Assembly: GCA_964187785.1 (NCBI GenBank) | Contig: OZ076409.1 | Location: 69,628,001 to 69,692,000 of the forward strand | DNA from: Amphiscolops sp. MND2022 | Lineage: Eukaryota | DNA: 64,000 nucleotides | Reading direction: 5' to 3' | Shown here: one piece after another, positions 15,001-27,497 of the stretch | How the letters are laid out: every line of letters begins with the position of its first letter | How positions within the stretch are numbered: the first letter of the stretch is position 1 | Notes under the pieces: generated by a model | What the model was told of the DNA's origin: nothing | Seen by the model: only the letters and a program-made list of their open reading frames with translations | The model's database searches: none | Position numbers and translations under genes: made by a program

Positions 15001-18000
15001 CTGTGCGTGTTCCCGAAACTTTCATTTGGTCAAAGAGTACCCTTGCTTTCATAGCTAATTTCGGCTTGAGAAAGTAGTTTTGCGAGCTGAGATTCGTTTC
15101 GTCATCATAGAACGTTACCGGAAACAATTGGAGTTTTTGTGATTCCTGTAGGGCAAAAAGTGGTTTTGTAGTCTCAAGAGTATGTCTTGAGGTAATTTTT
15201 AGCACTGAGAACATGGTAAAAACTTGAATCTAGGTCCTTTGCAAATTTAGGAAATTCGAGCGAGCCCTGTTTGTTATATTATTGAACAAAGTTTCACAAG
15301 AAGTGTCAAAAATTTGAAATAAAATTGACAAATTGGGGTCAATTCGAAGAATTTTTCCAATAAGACTCTACAGATGGTTTCTCAAAAATAGGCCTATCGG
15401 ACACCGAGTTTAGCTGTTGTTGGTGTACTCCATATCTAGTGATATTGCTTGGATGTTTTTGTGAGGCGGAAATTCACGTTTTCAAGTAAAGATTTTGACA
15501 GTTGTGCAAACAAACTTGGCTGATATCTTTTTGACACACTACCGCCGGTAGCTACACGTTTCAATTCTGAGCCTATGGTATTTCTGATTGAAGTAAAGTT
15601 TCGGAAAGGGTCCAAAAATGTAACTATGTTGTCGAAAAAAAGTTCGGTAACTTTGACAGCTTTCTTGTAAACTCGATGAACTTCATCTGACTTTTTGCCC
15701 AATTGCGTTTGAATACCATATTGTTTAAACGCCGAGGTCGTTGGGATTTTCTGTTCTTCAAAAGTTTTCGTGGTTTGAACAAGAATTGGGATCAGTTTGT
15801 CAAACAAATTGCTTTTTTGTTGTTTCATCAATTTTTGGGTGTTTTTGAGTCCAATTCCAACAAAAAAATGCCAATATCTGTTCAAAATTGCCTGCTAAAC
15901 ATACCCAAATTAGTCGTTTCTGAGTATTTAAACCCTTTTTTTCACGGAAGTAGCTCAACAATTTAACAAAAATCTGCCTAAAAACGTGAAAATACTTGAA
16001 AATTCTCAGTTTTTCCAATACTTTGGTCATTCTGAGGAAACTTTCAACCATAAAGTCTGCAAATATTCAAAAAAAGCCTAAGGGACTTTGAGTTCAATCT
16101 TTGTCGAAAGTTTGCTAAAATTCTGATTCTAAACCTATTCAAAAAGAACACAAGTTGCACATAAACGAAGATGTTGAAATTTGTCGACTCCTTTGGAAAC
16201 ATTCTGAAGTGTTGTTGAAGCAAAACACTGCAATTTTTTTCAATAATGTATTGTATAGCTCGTTCTTTCGTTGTTGAGTTGATTGTGTCGGAACTTAGAA
16301 AAAAATCTCTCGGAAAATGTACAGAAATTGCATCAAAAACGACAAAAACCTAAAACTTTCCCACAATTCAGAGTCATTTTGAGGCCTTTTTCTTTTAAAA
16401 ATTGAACTAGTCTCGTGACGAAGGCCCATTGAAAAAAAATTTGCCCATACCTTAGGCGTTTTACCATTCTAGTCTACGAAGTTTATCGTTATTTCAACAG
16501 AAATTGAACATAAATAGTGAAAATCGGCAAATTTTCAAAATTTTGTCTTTTTCGATGTCGATTCCGGACTGTTGTTGTTTAAAAAACTGCATTTATCTCT
16601 TTTCCAAGCATACTGGACAACACATTTTTTCTTTTTGACCCTTTTCAACGTTCAAGTCAACAAAAACCGTCAAAAATTCGGGAAAAATGCAAAAAACCTT
16701 TGAAAATTGGAAAATTTCGAGATTTTTGTCATTTTCGGTGTCAATTTGAGACCTTTTCATTCAGAACAATGCAATTATCTATTCAAAAAAAGGCTACTGG
16801 ACAACCAGCCGTTTTCTTTTTGACCCTTTAAAACATTCCAATCCACGAAGTTTGTCGAAACTTTGACAGCAAATGCATAAAAACTTTGAAAAAAGGACTA
16901 CTTTTGACTTCTTGTCATTTTCAGTGTCAATTTGAGACCTTTTCACTTCGAAAACTGAAATAAGCTCCTCGGAAAAGCCTACTGGACAACAAAGGTTTTC
17001 CTTGTTGACCTTTTTTCCATTTTTAACGTTCCAGTCCACAATGTCCGACGAAAATGCATAAAATCTTTCAAAAATTGGAAAAATTTGGGATTTTGTCATT
17101 TTTGTTTTTGGTGTCAATTTGAGATTTTTTCATTTGAAAAACAGAAATTATCTCTTCGGAAAAGTCTAGTGGACCACGAGTTAGTGCCATGTTGAGCGTG
17201 TTTAACATTCTAATCCTCGACATCTACCAAAATTTGACAAAACTGCATAAAAAGGTTAAAAATCGGGAAATTTTTGGATTTTTGTCATTTTTGCGTCTTT
17301 TTGTTTTCTAGAAAACGCATTTATCTCTTCATAAACGACTACTGGACAACGATTTCTTGTCTTGTTGAACTTTTTCAACATTCTAATCCAAGACATCTAT
17401 CGGAAAATTGACAAAAATTGCAATAAAACGTTAAAAAATTTGAAAATTTTTGCAAATTGTCTTTTTTGGGGTCATTTTTGCGTCATTTTTGGGTCATTCT
17501 GGGGTCCTTGGGGTCAACTAAAAAAGTCCAAAAATCTCCACGAATACAAACCGCAGGAATCTAACTTTATGTGAGTTGAATTTGATGGGTAACACCCTTA
17601 AAGTTAAATTTAAATTTGGTGCTTGGCAAATTTTGTAAAAAAAACCGTTTGATTTAATTATTTTCCTTTCCCTTATGAAATATGGGCGGAAATAATAAAA
17701 TTTCATTTGAATTGACGTCTTTGTTTTTTTCTTTGTTCCAATTGAATCATTCTGCTATCCCGATGTTCCGTTTGAACTTTTTCACAGAATCGACAGAATC
17801 TTCAATCAATAAATCTGTTGAATGAACCTTTCCATATTTTCATAAGTTTCGCATTTCAAGAAGAGTACAAATGTATCAGTTTTTCTACATGAAACTTGCA
17901 AACGAATGTTTTCCTTGAAATCCCTTTGCATGGGTAGGCTGTTCTTCAAAAGAATCTGGCAAGGGAAAACTTTTCCTGTCAAAAATCTGGTAATCCTTGA

Positions 18001-21000
18001 AAGAAACTTGCAATATGACCTGCAGAAAAATGCATTACCTTGAAAGATCTTGCAAGATGTTTGCAACTAATATTTTTTTCAGCCAAGGCTGTCATATCAA
18101 GGCATACAGCAGTAATACAACTTAATTCTGAAGAACTGTTTTCGATGGTTTTTGGGTACCTAGAGTGTGTGTCGTAATTACTGTTACCATTCAAGGAGTT
18201 TCCACTTTTTTTTTCATTTTGGACGAGTTGTTTTCGACATTTTGTTTTTGAAGAATTTATTCGATGAGTTATCCTTGAAGTTTTTCAGAATACTCAGTAG
18301 ATTGAAATTTTGTTTGAATGGATTTTGAAATTTGTTCCACTTTTCTCGACTCAAATGGGACACCTCTAAAACTTTGATTGATAGGTAGGGGTACACGAAG
18401 CGTTCTGGACCGGGGAGGAAGTTATATGCTGGGAGCCCCCAGACCAGAAGTTCTACCTCTTCCCAAAAATATCCATCTCACTGTTAGATAAAGACTCCAC
18501 AGATGAGACCCCCAAGTATTTCACCATTACCATGATTCCAGAAGTAAGTAAATGCTTCACCCATTTTCTCTCAAAACTTCCTCTAGTCGAACGCTGCAAG
18601 TTTTGTAGGTTTTGTAAAATTTTATGTATTTTTTATATCGCCTTCAGGTGGAATTTGCCAATTTTACAAGAATCTTGTTAGCGATAGCACACACTTTCAT
18701 TTTGACTGACCCAACTTTTTGACCTAACAATACGTACGAAATTGAAACTTCTTTCTAAATAAAATGTTTCGACTAATCACATTTGAGATATCAATCTTAT
18801 GCTGTTAAAATTACTAGTCAACTTTAATCCCCTTCGGCTATAATTCTTATCAACGTCTCTAACCCGCGGTAAAACACCCATGATTTTTCAAATGAGCTCA
18901 AAACGATCAATAACTTTATGCACTGAGGAGCTAAACATGTGATCAACAGTCGGTTTTTTAGCAATACCTGGGGCCGGTAATTTTCACAGACGACACTTTG
19001 GCTTCTGACTCAAAGTGCTACAGATTCTCTATCAGTCCCTCCGATGACGGTAAGTTCAGACTAATGACGTCACATTAATTACGTAACACTGTGAGATCAT
19101 TTGAATTCACGAGTTTGTCACATCAACTGGTTTTTAGATTTTGAAATAAAAACTGGTTAGATTTCTTACGATTGTTGGTGATTCTTGCTTTCCAAGTGGT
19201 TTTAAGATGTGATTGGATAACGAGTAGAAATATTCTTCGCTCAAATGGAAGTTCTTTCAACTGTTCGTCCGTGTGTATTCTATGCTTCGACATAGGTTAT
19301 GACGTATTTGGGCTCAACTGCACTTTTGTTTCACTTTTCGTTTCTAACTGCACTTTACTGAACAACGCAGTAGGTTCATTTCCAATCCCAATTTTGGACG
19401 GAGTCGGAAAAACAGCAAGTCTTCAATATGAATTATGAAAAATTATAGTCCGAAAGTTACTAATATTGAAGTTATTCTCAAAGAATTTTCGGTGAATAGC
19501 AAAAAATAGTTGCTGCCTATAAGGATATGAATCTGAGTTTTCTCGACTTCTCTATAATTCATTATTTTTTCTACTTTGAAGAATACAAGGTCCATGTAAA
19601 AAAATCGATGCTTTTTCCTCGAATGGAAATCGAATGGAAATCAAAGAATCCGAGAAGACTTGTTCATCCTCTGAAACACTTATGTAACTAACAGAATAAG
19701 TCATTTTCAGGCACGATCTTAGGCTCTTCCTTCATGGAGGGGTTCTACGTGAAGTTTGACAGAAGCAACTCCCAGATAGGGTTCGCCCTCTCGAAGTGCA
19801 CACGTTTCGCGGAAGTTGATTCCCCTCCAGGGGTGTCTGGAGTTTTCGAACTCAAAGAAGAGGATGTCGGCACCAACTATAACCCCCCTTTCTTGCTGAA
19901 GGCAGGCAGACTTCTAGAAACTGGAAGCTCAAAAAGGTTCTGCAAAACCATGAGTTATCCGTACTGACAACCCAGGGCAACCCGCCGGTGGCCACCGCAC
20001 TTCCCATTGCAGTCCCACTGGTGACCACCGCGGTGGCCATGACACATTTTCTTATCTCACAGGTGGTTCACCGGTGGCCTGCACAAAATGTGTCATTACT
20101 GGAAAAACCACTGGAATAAGATCTAAAATTACCGAAAAACCACTGGAATAAGATCTAAAATCACTGAAAAACCACTGGTATAAAATCTGAAGTTTCCGAA
20201 AAAGCCACTGGTATGTCTAAAACAACCGAAAAAACCCACTGGAATAAGATCTAAAATCACCAAAAAAAAACTGGAATAGGATCTGAACTCCCTAGATAGC
20301 CAGTGGAAAATGTTCTTTCGGACAAAATCTGAAACTGCAAACAGAGTTTACAGATACTTCAGAACCGGTTCTGATAATTTTCCCATCTTTGCTTGGCTCA
20401 CTGGTGGCCATCGGTTGTCCATCGAATGCCACTGGTATGTTAACATGGGTTGTCAGTACGGGATGCTTCTTCCGTTTAAGGCCTTGAAACAGAACAGCTC
20501 AACGTTGAATGTCAAAAGTTTCGATAATGATGCCCCAAGTTAAAAAATTTCCGCCCGCATTGCAACAAAGAAGAAGACAAAAATGAAATCAAGAAGAAAC
20601 AAAATGTTCAAAAAACAGTAAAGACGAATCATGGTCGGTTGTACATGTTTAAAGTACCATTACCCTTCAATAAATTTTGACCACCAGTTAGTGATAAAAC
20701 AAATTACTTGGTTGTCAACAAAATACTGAGGCCATTGTTAGTCAGTGTTATTTAACGAAGTAGTTTTTGTATTTGCATCGGTTTTGTAAGAGGGCGAATA
20801 ACTAAAAATGTTTTGAGAATAACGCCTAAAGTCTAAAGGCGTCTAAAGGTTTTGAGAGTAACATCTAAATTTCAATGCATTAAGATTGGAAATGAACATG
20901 ACTGAGCATAGCATGACTTGGCTTTAGACGTTATTCCTCAGAATAACCTAGTTTTGTCACTAACAGAGGAGCCAAATTTCACTGAAAGCTAAATGAAAAA

Positions 21001-21359
21001 AGTAAAATCTTCAATTTCAGAACAAATCTATATAGACCAACATCATGATTGCGTGCACTTTCTGCTGTTCACTGTTCAATTACAATGTTTTTACAATAGC
21101 AATAAGCATATAACTAGTTATAATTTATAACTGAACCCGTTGCGATGTCTGCCTGACGTGCCGACTGCAGGACTGTCAGTTCTACCTGTACGAGCCCAAC
21201 GAGCAGCCCATTCTGATTGCGGCCTACGTGCTCATCTGCATCGCCTGTCTCTGTCTGCTGCCCCTCCTGGTCGCATTTGTCCACGGCCAGTACCTGGATT
21301 GCGACCACAGTTCCAGAAAGTCTGGACACGACGACCAGGATCAGCTTGTCGAGGATTAG
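5897..21359 (+). CDS. BACE: Beta-secretase (BACE/memapsin-like) type I membrane aspartic protease, 10 coding exons, about 482 aa
   Basis: Exons 5897-6070, 7841-7926, 9249-9468, 9942-10073, 10813-10947, 12180-12290, 18385-18543, 18962-19049, 19711-19865 and 21171-21359 join in frame across GT-AG introns. The protein has a signal-peptide-like N-terminus, catalytic motifs ILVDTGSSNLAV and TIVDSGTT, BACE-typical NFFVNGTEWQGILGLGY, MDCKEYN and MEGFYVKFDR..IGFA, a C-terminal TM helix (IAAYVLICIACLCLLPLLVAFV) and a short acidic tail. An alternative in-frame ATG lies at 5858. Confidence 0.93.
7841..7926 (+). CDS. BACE: BACE-like exon 2 (first catalytic DTG)
   Basis: tttag acceptor; FNILVDTGSSNLAVAGKPYYVTKYFKPK; gttagt donor, phase 2. 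Confidence 0.92.
9249..9468 (+). CDS. BACE: BACE-like exon 3
   Basis: SKSFKW...VKYSQGFWKGEL...NFFVNGTEWQGILGLGYRSIAEE; gttaat donor; the acceptor is an uncommon GAG. Confidence 0.88.
9942..10073 (+). CDS. BACE: BACE-like exon 4
   Basis: ttttcag acceptor; DVKPFWERY...IFSISLCG...QGIL; gtgagt donor. Confidence 0.88.
10813..10947 (+). CDS. BACE: BACE-like exon 5
   Basis: TLGGMDPQHYVGAMQYTPIVRTTYFEVVITDIMVDGKSLAMDCKE; gttaat donor. Confidence 0.92.
11390..11570 (+). repeat. Dispersed repeat family (other copies 13065-13265 +, 25080-25290 -)
   Basis: Shared ATGCTGAAATC...GTTAGCACCTCAAAAAG...TCTGCTCTCGTCC...ATGGCGAAAACAG. Confidence 0.65.
11580..11770. repeat. CTTGCAAG palindromic-motif repeat (related patches at 13480-13625 and 17880-18090)
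   Basis: Dense recurrence of (T)CTTGCAAG(A); probably MITE-derived. Confidence 0.55.
12180..12290 (+). CDS. BACE: BACE-like exon 6 (second catalytic DSG)
   Basis: YNFPRTIVDSGTTHLRLPNRVFNKIVSYLRSYVQGSI; gttagt donor. Confidence 0.92.
16370..17480. repeat. Degenerate tandem array (period about 185 bp) in BACE intron 6
   Basis: TACTGGACAAC recurs at 16611, 16795, 16980 and 17340 (variant near 17167); TTTTGTCATTTT..GTGTCAATTTGAGA recurs with the same spacing. Confidence 0.75.
18385..18543 (+). CDS. BACE: BACE-like exon 7
   Basis: VGVHEAFWTGEEVICW...FPKISISL...FTITMIPE; gtaagt donor. Confidence 0.88.
18962..19049 (+). CDS. BACE: BACE-like exon 8
   Basis: QYLGPV...SKCYRFSISPSDD; gtaagt donor, phase 1. 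Confidence 0.88.
19711..19865 (+). CDS. BACE: BACE-like exon 9
   Basis: GTILGSSFMEGFYVKFDRSNSQIGFALSKC...VSGVFELKEED; the donor gtcggc is weak, so the 3' boundary is tentative. Confidence 0.8.
19958..20462. mobile_element. MITE in BACE intron 9 with an internal 31-bp tandem repeat
   Basis: 16-bp TIR CCGTACTGACAACCCA / TGGGTTGTCAGTACGG; internal units AAAAACCACTGGAATAAGATCTAAAAT, about 6 copies. Confidence 0.8.
21171..21359 (+). CDS. BACE: BACE-like exon 10 (TM helix and cytoplasmic tail)
   Basis: ctgcag acceptor; DCQFYLYEPNEQPILIAAYVLICIACLCLLPLLVAFV...DDQDQLVED, TAG stop. Confidence 0.88.
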   Translation, partial: DCQFYLYEPNEQPILIAAYVLICIACLCLLPLLVAFVHGQYLDCDHSSRKSGHDDQDQLVED

Positions 21360-22044
21360 AACTGCTCACCCATATTAGAGTCCTCGGGAGATTTCCCTGA
21401 AAAAAGTTCCAAAACAGTTACGACGTATTAGAAAGAGAGAGTGATGTAAGGAAAGTCAAATTAGTTGACATACTTTTTCGTAAATTAAGGGGATTTTTTG
21501 GGAGATGGATTAATACTCGGAATTTTTTGGCGCGATTGTTAATTATCAGTACAGGGTTGCAGTGATTATCAAAAAATTATGAATGCAGCTTGGAAAACTT
21601 CACGGCAGCTTCTACTAGGGAGAACTCCCATAGGATTTTTTTTTGTAATCTACAAAAGAGTTTGTCGACTAATTTAAATTCAACTTCTTTCAAGTTTTGA
21701 CCAGGGTGCTTTCTAAAATTTATCTAGTTTATCCAAGTATGTCTACTTATTGTACTGTGATTGGTTGAGATTTTGAGAATTAGTTTATTTTTGTAGCAAC
21801 CTCTTTTCAAATGATATACATGTATTCGAAGTCAATGTCGTTTGAAATAATATGGAAAACTCGTCTGACAAAAATTGAACCCAAAGATGTCTTACCTTGT
21901 ATTTATACATTAAGCATGAGACTGTTTAATTTTTCCGAAAATGAAATACTTTTTTGCATCGATTTTTGTCAACTATCACACTAGACTGCAATTTTGTTTA
22001 AAATGGTAACACGAGTTAATGTCAACTTGGTGTGTTTAGCGAAA

Positions 22045-22100
22045 AACAAGACGGGATCGTCCAAAGTCGGCGCTATACCTAAGGCTCAAAAAGTGCAAAG
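22045..22100 (-). repeat. Family A 3' end fragment
   Basis: AACAAGACGGGATCGTCCAAAGTCGGCGCTATACCTAAGGCTCAAAA is the reverse complement of the family A terminus. Confidence 0.7.
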
Positions 22101-23591
22101 TTTTAAAAATATTCCCATTCTTATGAAAAACTTTCTTATGAAAAACTCAAAAAATTTTGAAAATCCCCAAAGGATGCCCATAAGGGGCGTCAATGTTCTT
22201 TCTGAAGACATGAAAAAACCAAATTGAAGTGATAAAAACTTGAAAAATATCACACATTGTCAAAACTGCACAAACGGAAGAAACTCTTCGGTTTCATTCA
22301 AGCGTTCACAATTAGTTCGCCAAAGTGTAAAAGAATCAGAGGAAGACACCTTCTAAAAATGATTTTTTCGTTTCAAAACTTTCCAACATGCAAACTGAAA
22401 GCCAACCAGGGACTTCCCAACTCGGCACCCCGCTTCTGACTCGAAGATTTTTGAATTTCCCCATGAACAATTCACATCTTTGAATAAAAAGAGAAAAACT
22501 CACACTTGCGAATGGTAAGAAAGTTATTGAATTAACTGGAAGTATCAAAAATCTCCAATGGATGACTCTTTCATCTTCGCTCTACATCTACAAGTAGAAA
22601 AAGGTCCAGCTCAATGTTCAAACCCAAGTACATCTGATTCCCAGGGCAACTCAACACGCATAGAGACCCGCGTTAACCATTAGACCGGGTGGAGAATGCT
22701 TCTCAGTTTTCCGCAAGCATCGAGTAGTTCCCGAGCTACCACAAGTTTTCGTAGCTTGGAAAATTAGAAAAATTCTAACTTTTTTAGACTGGACAATTTT
22801 AGAGACAATTTCGAACAAAACTCATCAATTCGCTTCTGGCGCATGGTTCAGCAGAAAAAGGCGTTATACCAAGAAGCGGTGCAATTATAACTGAAATAAA
22901 AAAAATACATAGGCTTTGAAAATAGGAGATAAAACGATCACAAAAGAAGCCTTCAAACCTTTGGTTTCTTTGAAAAAAAGTAACCGGGTCACTTCCGAAA
23001 TGTTCGGAGAAAATAAGTCAGCAAAAAACTACGGAGAAAAAGCAGCTTTTTCTCAGTTTCCTCTAGGAACTAACAACGTGGCAATCTTACCTTAGTTGAA
23101 ACTGCAGGAACTTTTTACATGCTCCAGGCCTGCATGCAGGATGATTCTTTATGAAATCTAGAAAATTCAGTGAACTTGGGATGGTAAATCATGTACAATT
23201 ACGCTGCACTTTCCACAACGGCAATTAAATTTGAAATTAAATTCCACTACATTACCGAAACGATCACTTTGTATTCACACTTTGTTTTCTCAACTACTCA
23301 TCTGATGTGATCACCGCTTCTCAAATAGCGCGCTAAACATGGTGCTAATTTGCAGTTTATTATGTGTCTGAAGGTATTTTGCATTAAATTAGAGGTAAAA
23401 TTGATAGCAACTTAAATGATTTTAATCTTATAAGTGCTGCTTAATAAAACCTGCAAAACTTCAAGGCTTAAAATTGCCACAAAAATTGTGATGAATCTTT
23501 CAAGCAGCAGAGTTTTAGAAAATCATAATAACAACTGCTGGCAACATTAAAGTACATGCTAAAAATTCAAGCAGTTTCAACAAAGATATAT

Positions 23592-24108
23592 TTAGTCGGC
23601 GTCTCCGAAGAAAAACCTGACTCTTACAGTGTCTAGTTTTTTTTCGTCAGTTCAACGCGTTCGGTCCACTTTTTGTGCATTATGCACTTTTGCCATATGC
23701 ACTTAGACTTCATTTTCAACGCATCCAAAGCCTATAGCATGAGATAAAAAGACATTTCTTAACAGAAGGGTCCCCTTTCCACTTTTTTCGGCACTGTGAG
23801 ACTGTTCAAAATTCTCATTTTCTCCGAAATTTTTTAAAATTGCTTCAAAGGGTCCCCCGTCAATTTTTTAAATAATTTGCCACAGAATGGATGTTCAAAA
23901 AATCCCAAAGGGTCCCCCCTTTTACATTTTTTGGCACTATGCGACTTATCGGAGACTTCAAGAAAAAATTCGAAAAAAAATCGGAAAATTTTTCTCCTCA
24001 ATTTTTAGTTTTTTGAGAGCTTTTGTTTTCTCCAGTTGTAGAAAAAGTGGTTTTCGACACTTATTGAGCCTAAGATATGGCGCCGACTTGGGCCGTTCCC
24101 GGCTTGTT
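23592..24108 (+). mobile_element. Helentron/DINE-1-like non-autonomous element, family A
   Basis: TTAGTCGGCG ... CGCCGACTT GGGCCGTTCCC GGCTTGTT. Confidence 0.75.
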
Positions 24109-26194
24109 TAAACTAGATAAACCATCAGTTTTTAGAGAGTTTCAAGAATCTTTTGCTTCAATTTGGTAGGCATCATTGGAAGCTTCTGGTATGAACTCTC
24201 TCACTTTTTTGGAATCACTGGTTCTCTTTTGCTTTAGACGATTTTGTTTTCATCCAAAAGTTAATTTATTGCTATCGGGTTCAAACTTTTTGCTTTTTGA
24301 ATCGGTTCTCATAGTAAACCTTGAGAAACGAAGTTCTCGTAAAAATTGATCAGTCGCAAATGTGCCTTCCGTGGTTTTTTCTTGATTCTTTGTATAAATA
24401 ACTTGAGCGATGTTCCGTCTCTGAAACCTTCTGTTTATATCTTTTCTACAGCTACTGGCTCTCCCTGCTGATTGGAAACATGGTCTATTTCTGGTTTTCT
24501 ACTCTTTGAAGTGACAAAAAATCATAGTTTTTTTTACAATTTCCACGACATTCTTCCCTTCTACCACATTTTGCCAATAGCTACCAGAAGCGCTGATGGA
24601 AAGTACTCTCCATTTGACCTAGCGGTTTCCTCGGATTTCTAAGACTCGTGACGGAGCGCGTTAATCAAGGAGTTGTCGGTCTCAAACCCGCGCACTGGAC
24701 ATTGAACTGAATATTTGTGCTTCCTAACACAGAGGGGAGACCAAAGGAACCCTCTTCGAAGTTTTTTCGGCATCGCGTGCCCCTTAGGTCGGAACAATTT
24801 ATTCACAAACTTTGGTTTATTGGGGATTTTCTGTTGACAAAACTTCTTCGCTTCTTGAAATGACCTCTTAGGCTGTTTTTGGTACTCTGGGACTGATGAG
24901 AGCTTAATCAAATGTTTTATCTGAGCACAAAAATGACGTAGAGATTTTGTGGATATGTCCAACTTTTTACAACTTCTTTCTTCGTCACTATGTAATGGCC
25001 TCTGGTACAGCAGATTCAGTCGATATTGGAATTTAGACTTTGGACGTGTCCAGAAACTTTTTGAAAAATTCTAATTCGATCTTTGACGTGGCACTGAGCA
25101 TGTGATTGCTCTTTTCGCTGTTTCTACGAAATTGGCAGGTACTTCGACAACAAAGAGCAAGAACGAGCAAAACCATAAGATCAGCCGCCCGAACAGACGT
25201 CAGAGACTGCAAAATCTCTGAAATAAGACTCTTTTGAAGGTGCTAACCTTGATTTCAGCAGTATGCTACCTTAAAAAGCGAAAACCGTAAAGATGAGTCT
25301 TTCCGTCAAATTCGCGAATCTGTGCCCGTGGTGCCCCAGCTTGCGAACTGAATGTGGACATTGCTGAATAATTGTTATCGACGAGATTGTTGCATTTTGT
25401 TGTGATTTTATGGCTACTTTGCAATTTTAGATATTCTTCCCCAAGTCACCCTGAATGGCGAATTTTACATTTATACTTCCTTTCGGAATGTTTTTAAAGG
25501 CTAACTAAGCGGTGGTTCCAAAGACAAAGCGAAATAACCGTTATTGTTGGCAATAAAAGACTTGACAAAGCGGCGAGGGCTCCTTAAGAGACGACTACCC
25601 CCTCCTGACGGGACAACTTTTACCCAGGAGGCAAAATGGGCCTATAGCTATGGGCGCCTGTCCCGGGCAAATACCCATGTTATAGGTTCCTTCTGCTCTT
25701 TGACGAGATGACGACAATAGTGCGAGCTTGTCGTTACACTAGCAATTCGTAGCTTCTTAAGAATAGAAAAAGTCATCTTTGCAATGAAAGATCTACCCTT
25801 GAAATTTTTTCGTCCCATACGGATTTTCAAAACTTCTCGAATTGAACAGTAATGAAACTTCGAATATATTTTCGAAGAAGAACGGACTTTTCGTAGTGTT
25901 GACGGCAATCCCAATTAGTTTTGTCCTGGCCGGAGTAACTTATGGGACCAATGTAATTGTTTTCAATTTTTTGTTCGCTTGAAAATTTAACAATTGAAAA
26001 TTGTGTTGTGACAGAACCTATTTCACGAAAAAATGCAATTAATTAGAATTGAAATTTTCCCTAATTAGGTCATGTATAGAACAACAGGATAGGAGGAAGA
26101 ATGCTTGTTTTCCAAATTTACCTTGACCTTAGATACAAATGTGCCTGAGCTGGTGTTCAGATCAATGAAGGTATTCTTGGGGGAGGAATATAAT

Positions 26195-26472
26195 GGGGGA
26201 GGAAAATCATAATCTGTGTTGCATTTTTTCCAAATTCTGCCAAATCTCCATTCACTTCACCTGACTATTTGTTACTTGACTATTTTAGTTACTTGGTAGC
26301 GCAGTTGGTAGTGCGTCCGCCTGGCAGACACGATGCATTGGGTTCGAATCCGGCTGAAGCGGTACATTTTAGCAAAATATCCCGGTGTTTAGCGGGCGTC
26401 TTGTTGAGCGGGCGTCTTGTTGAGCGGGCGTCTTGTTGAATGGGCGTCTTGTTGAGCGGGCGTCTTGTTGAG
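26195..26472 (+). repeat. Dispersed repeat with a tRNA-like (Pol III A/B box) core and a 5 x 16-bp tail; SINE-like
   Basis: A box TAGCGCAGTTGG (26297-26308), B box GGTTCGAATCC (26341-26351), tail (AGCGGGCGTCTTGTTG) x5; related copies at 308-510 (+) and 14621-14655 (-). Confidence 0.75.
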
Positions 26473-26857
26473 AGTATTTCGTCGCTTTCTTGTCTTCAAG
26501 CAATTAAGTTTGGTAAGTATTGCATTTTTCAAAGTTCTTTTAATACAATGTACGAAAAAAGCAGTTCTACAGCTCCTCTTGTTTAATATCGGGCTTCCCT
26601 ATCAATTTGTAATGAACATTAGGTTGGCTTTTTACTTTTAACTTCTTACTTTTCTTCCTGACTGCGTTTGATAATTCAGTTTCCTTTCTGCGAAATGAAA
26701 AGTATTCGTCTTATAAAATTTGTTGAAGTTATTTGCACATAATTTTGCTAATTTCTGCCCACTATGGAATTCAGAATTTTTCCAGTTCATCTTGAAGTTG
26801 TTGTCCACATCATGCCACTATACCAAAAGGCCAGAGAGTCTGTTGAAAATTGTTTTT

Positions 26858-27495
26858 TAAAGCGACGAGCGAAGCGAGGTGCCTTATTGTTTGCGTTTGG
26901 TTTTTTTTCGCCAAAACGTGACATCCCTCAGCATTAGTAAAAGTCTCGGCTATTTTTCTCCAAGCCTATTTCTCCGAGACAATCCAAAATTTTAAAAACA
27001 GTACCGCAACTGAATGTCCCTTTCTGGCCATGTAAAAAGTTCCGGAAATTTTCCGCCTGGGCGATTTCATTAGCTTCGAAAACACGATTTTTGCGAAAAT
27101 TTTTAGGGTTTTTTTCGATTTTGCGTAATTTTACCACTTGAACCATATCGAACCGTCTTAAAATAGGTACCAACTGACGCGGTACCAACGTGAAATTTCT
27201 GATAGATTTAAAAGTTTTTGCCGATTTTGCCTATTTTCGGTTGATAAACCACATCAAACCGGCCAAACATAGGCGTCAGCTGACGTATCAGGACCCTTCA
27301 TTTTAGTGACTGAAGGTTTTATTACTGGGCGTTGAAAAATGGCGATTAAAACTGGAATTTTTTGGGCGTTTTTGACAAACATCATGGGGCATAATACAAT
27401 GAAAGATCATATGATCCCTGGACACGAGCTGGAATCTAATTTTCCTTGCTGAATAATTTGAAGCCTCGAAGAGATCGTCTGCTCGGTATGTTTGT
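26858..27495 (+). mobile_element. Probable second Helentron-like non-autonomous element (family B)
   Basis: Starts after a T-run with GCGACGAGCGAAGCGAG and ends GCTCGGTATGTTTGTT at a T-run shared with a family A copy; only one copy in the window. Confidence 0.4.
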
Positions 27496-27497
27496 TT

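Noticed and set aside
20100..20290. Regularly spaced repeats resembling a CRISPR array
   Set aside because: The units are contiguous tandem copies without unique spacers, sit inside a MITE in a eukaryotic intron, and no cas genes are present.
26290..26365. Functional tRNA gene
   Set aside because: A and B boxes are present, but the acceptor and anticodon stems do not pair and it is part of a dispersed repeat.
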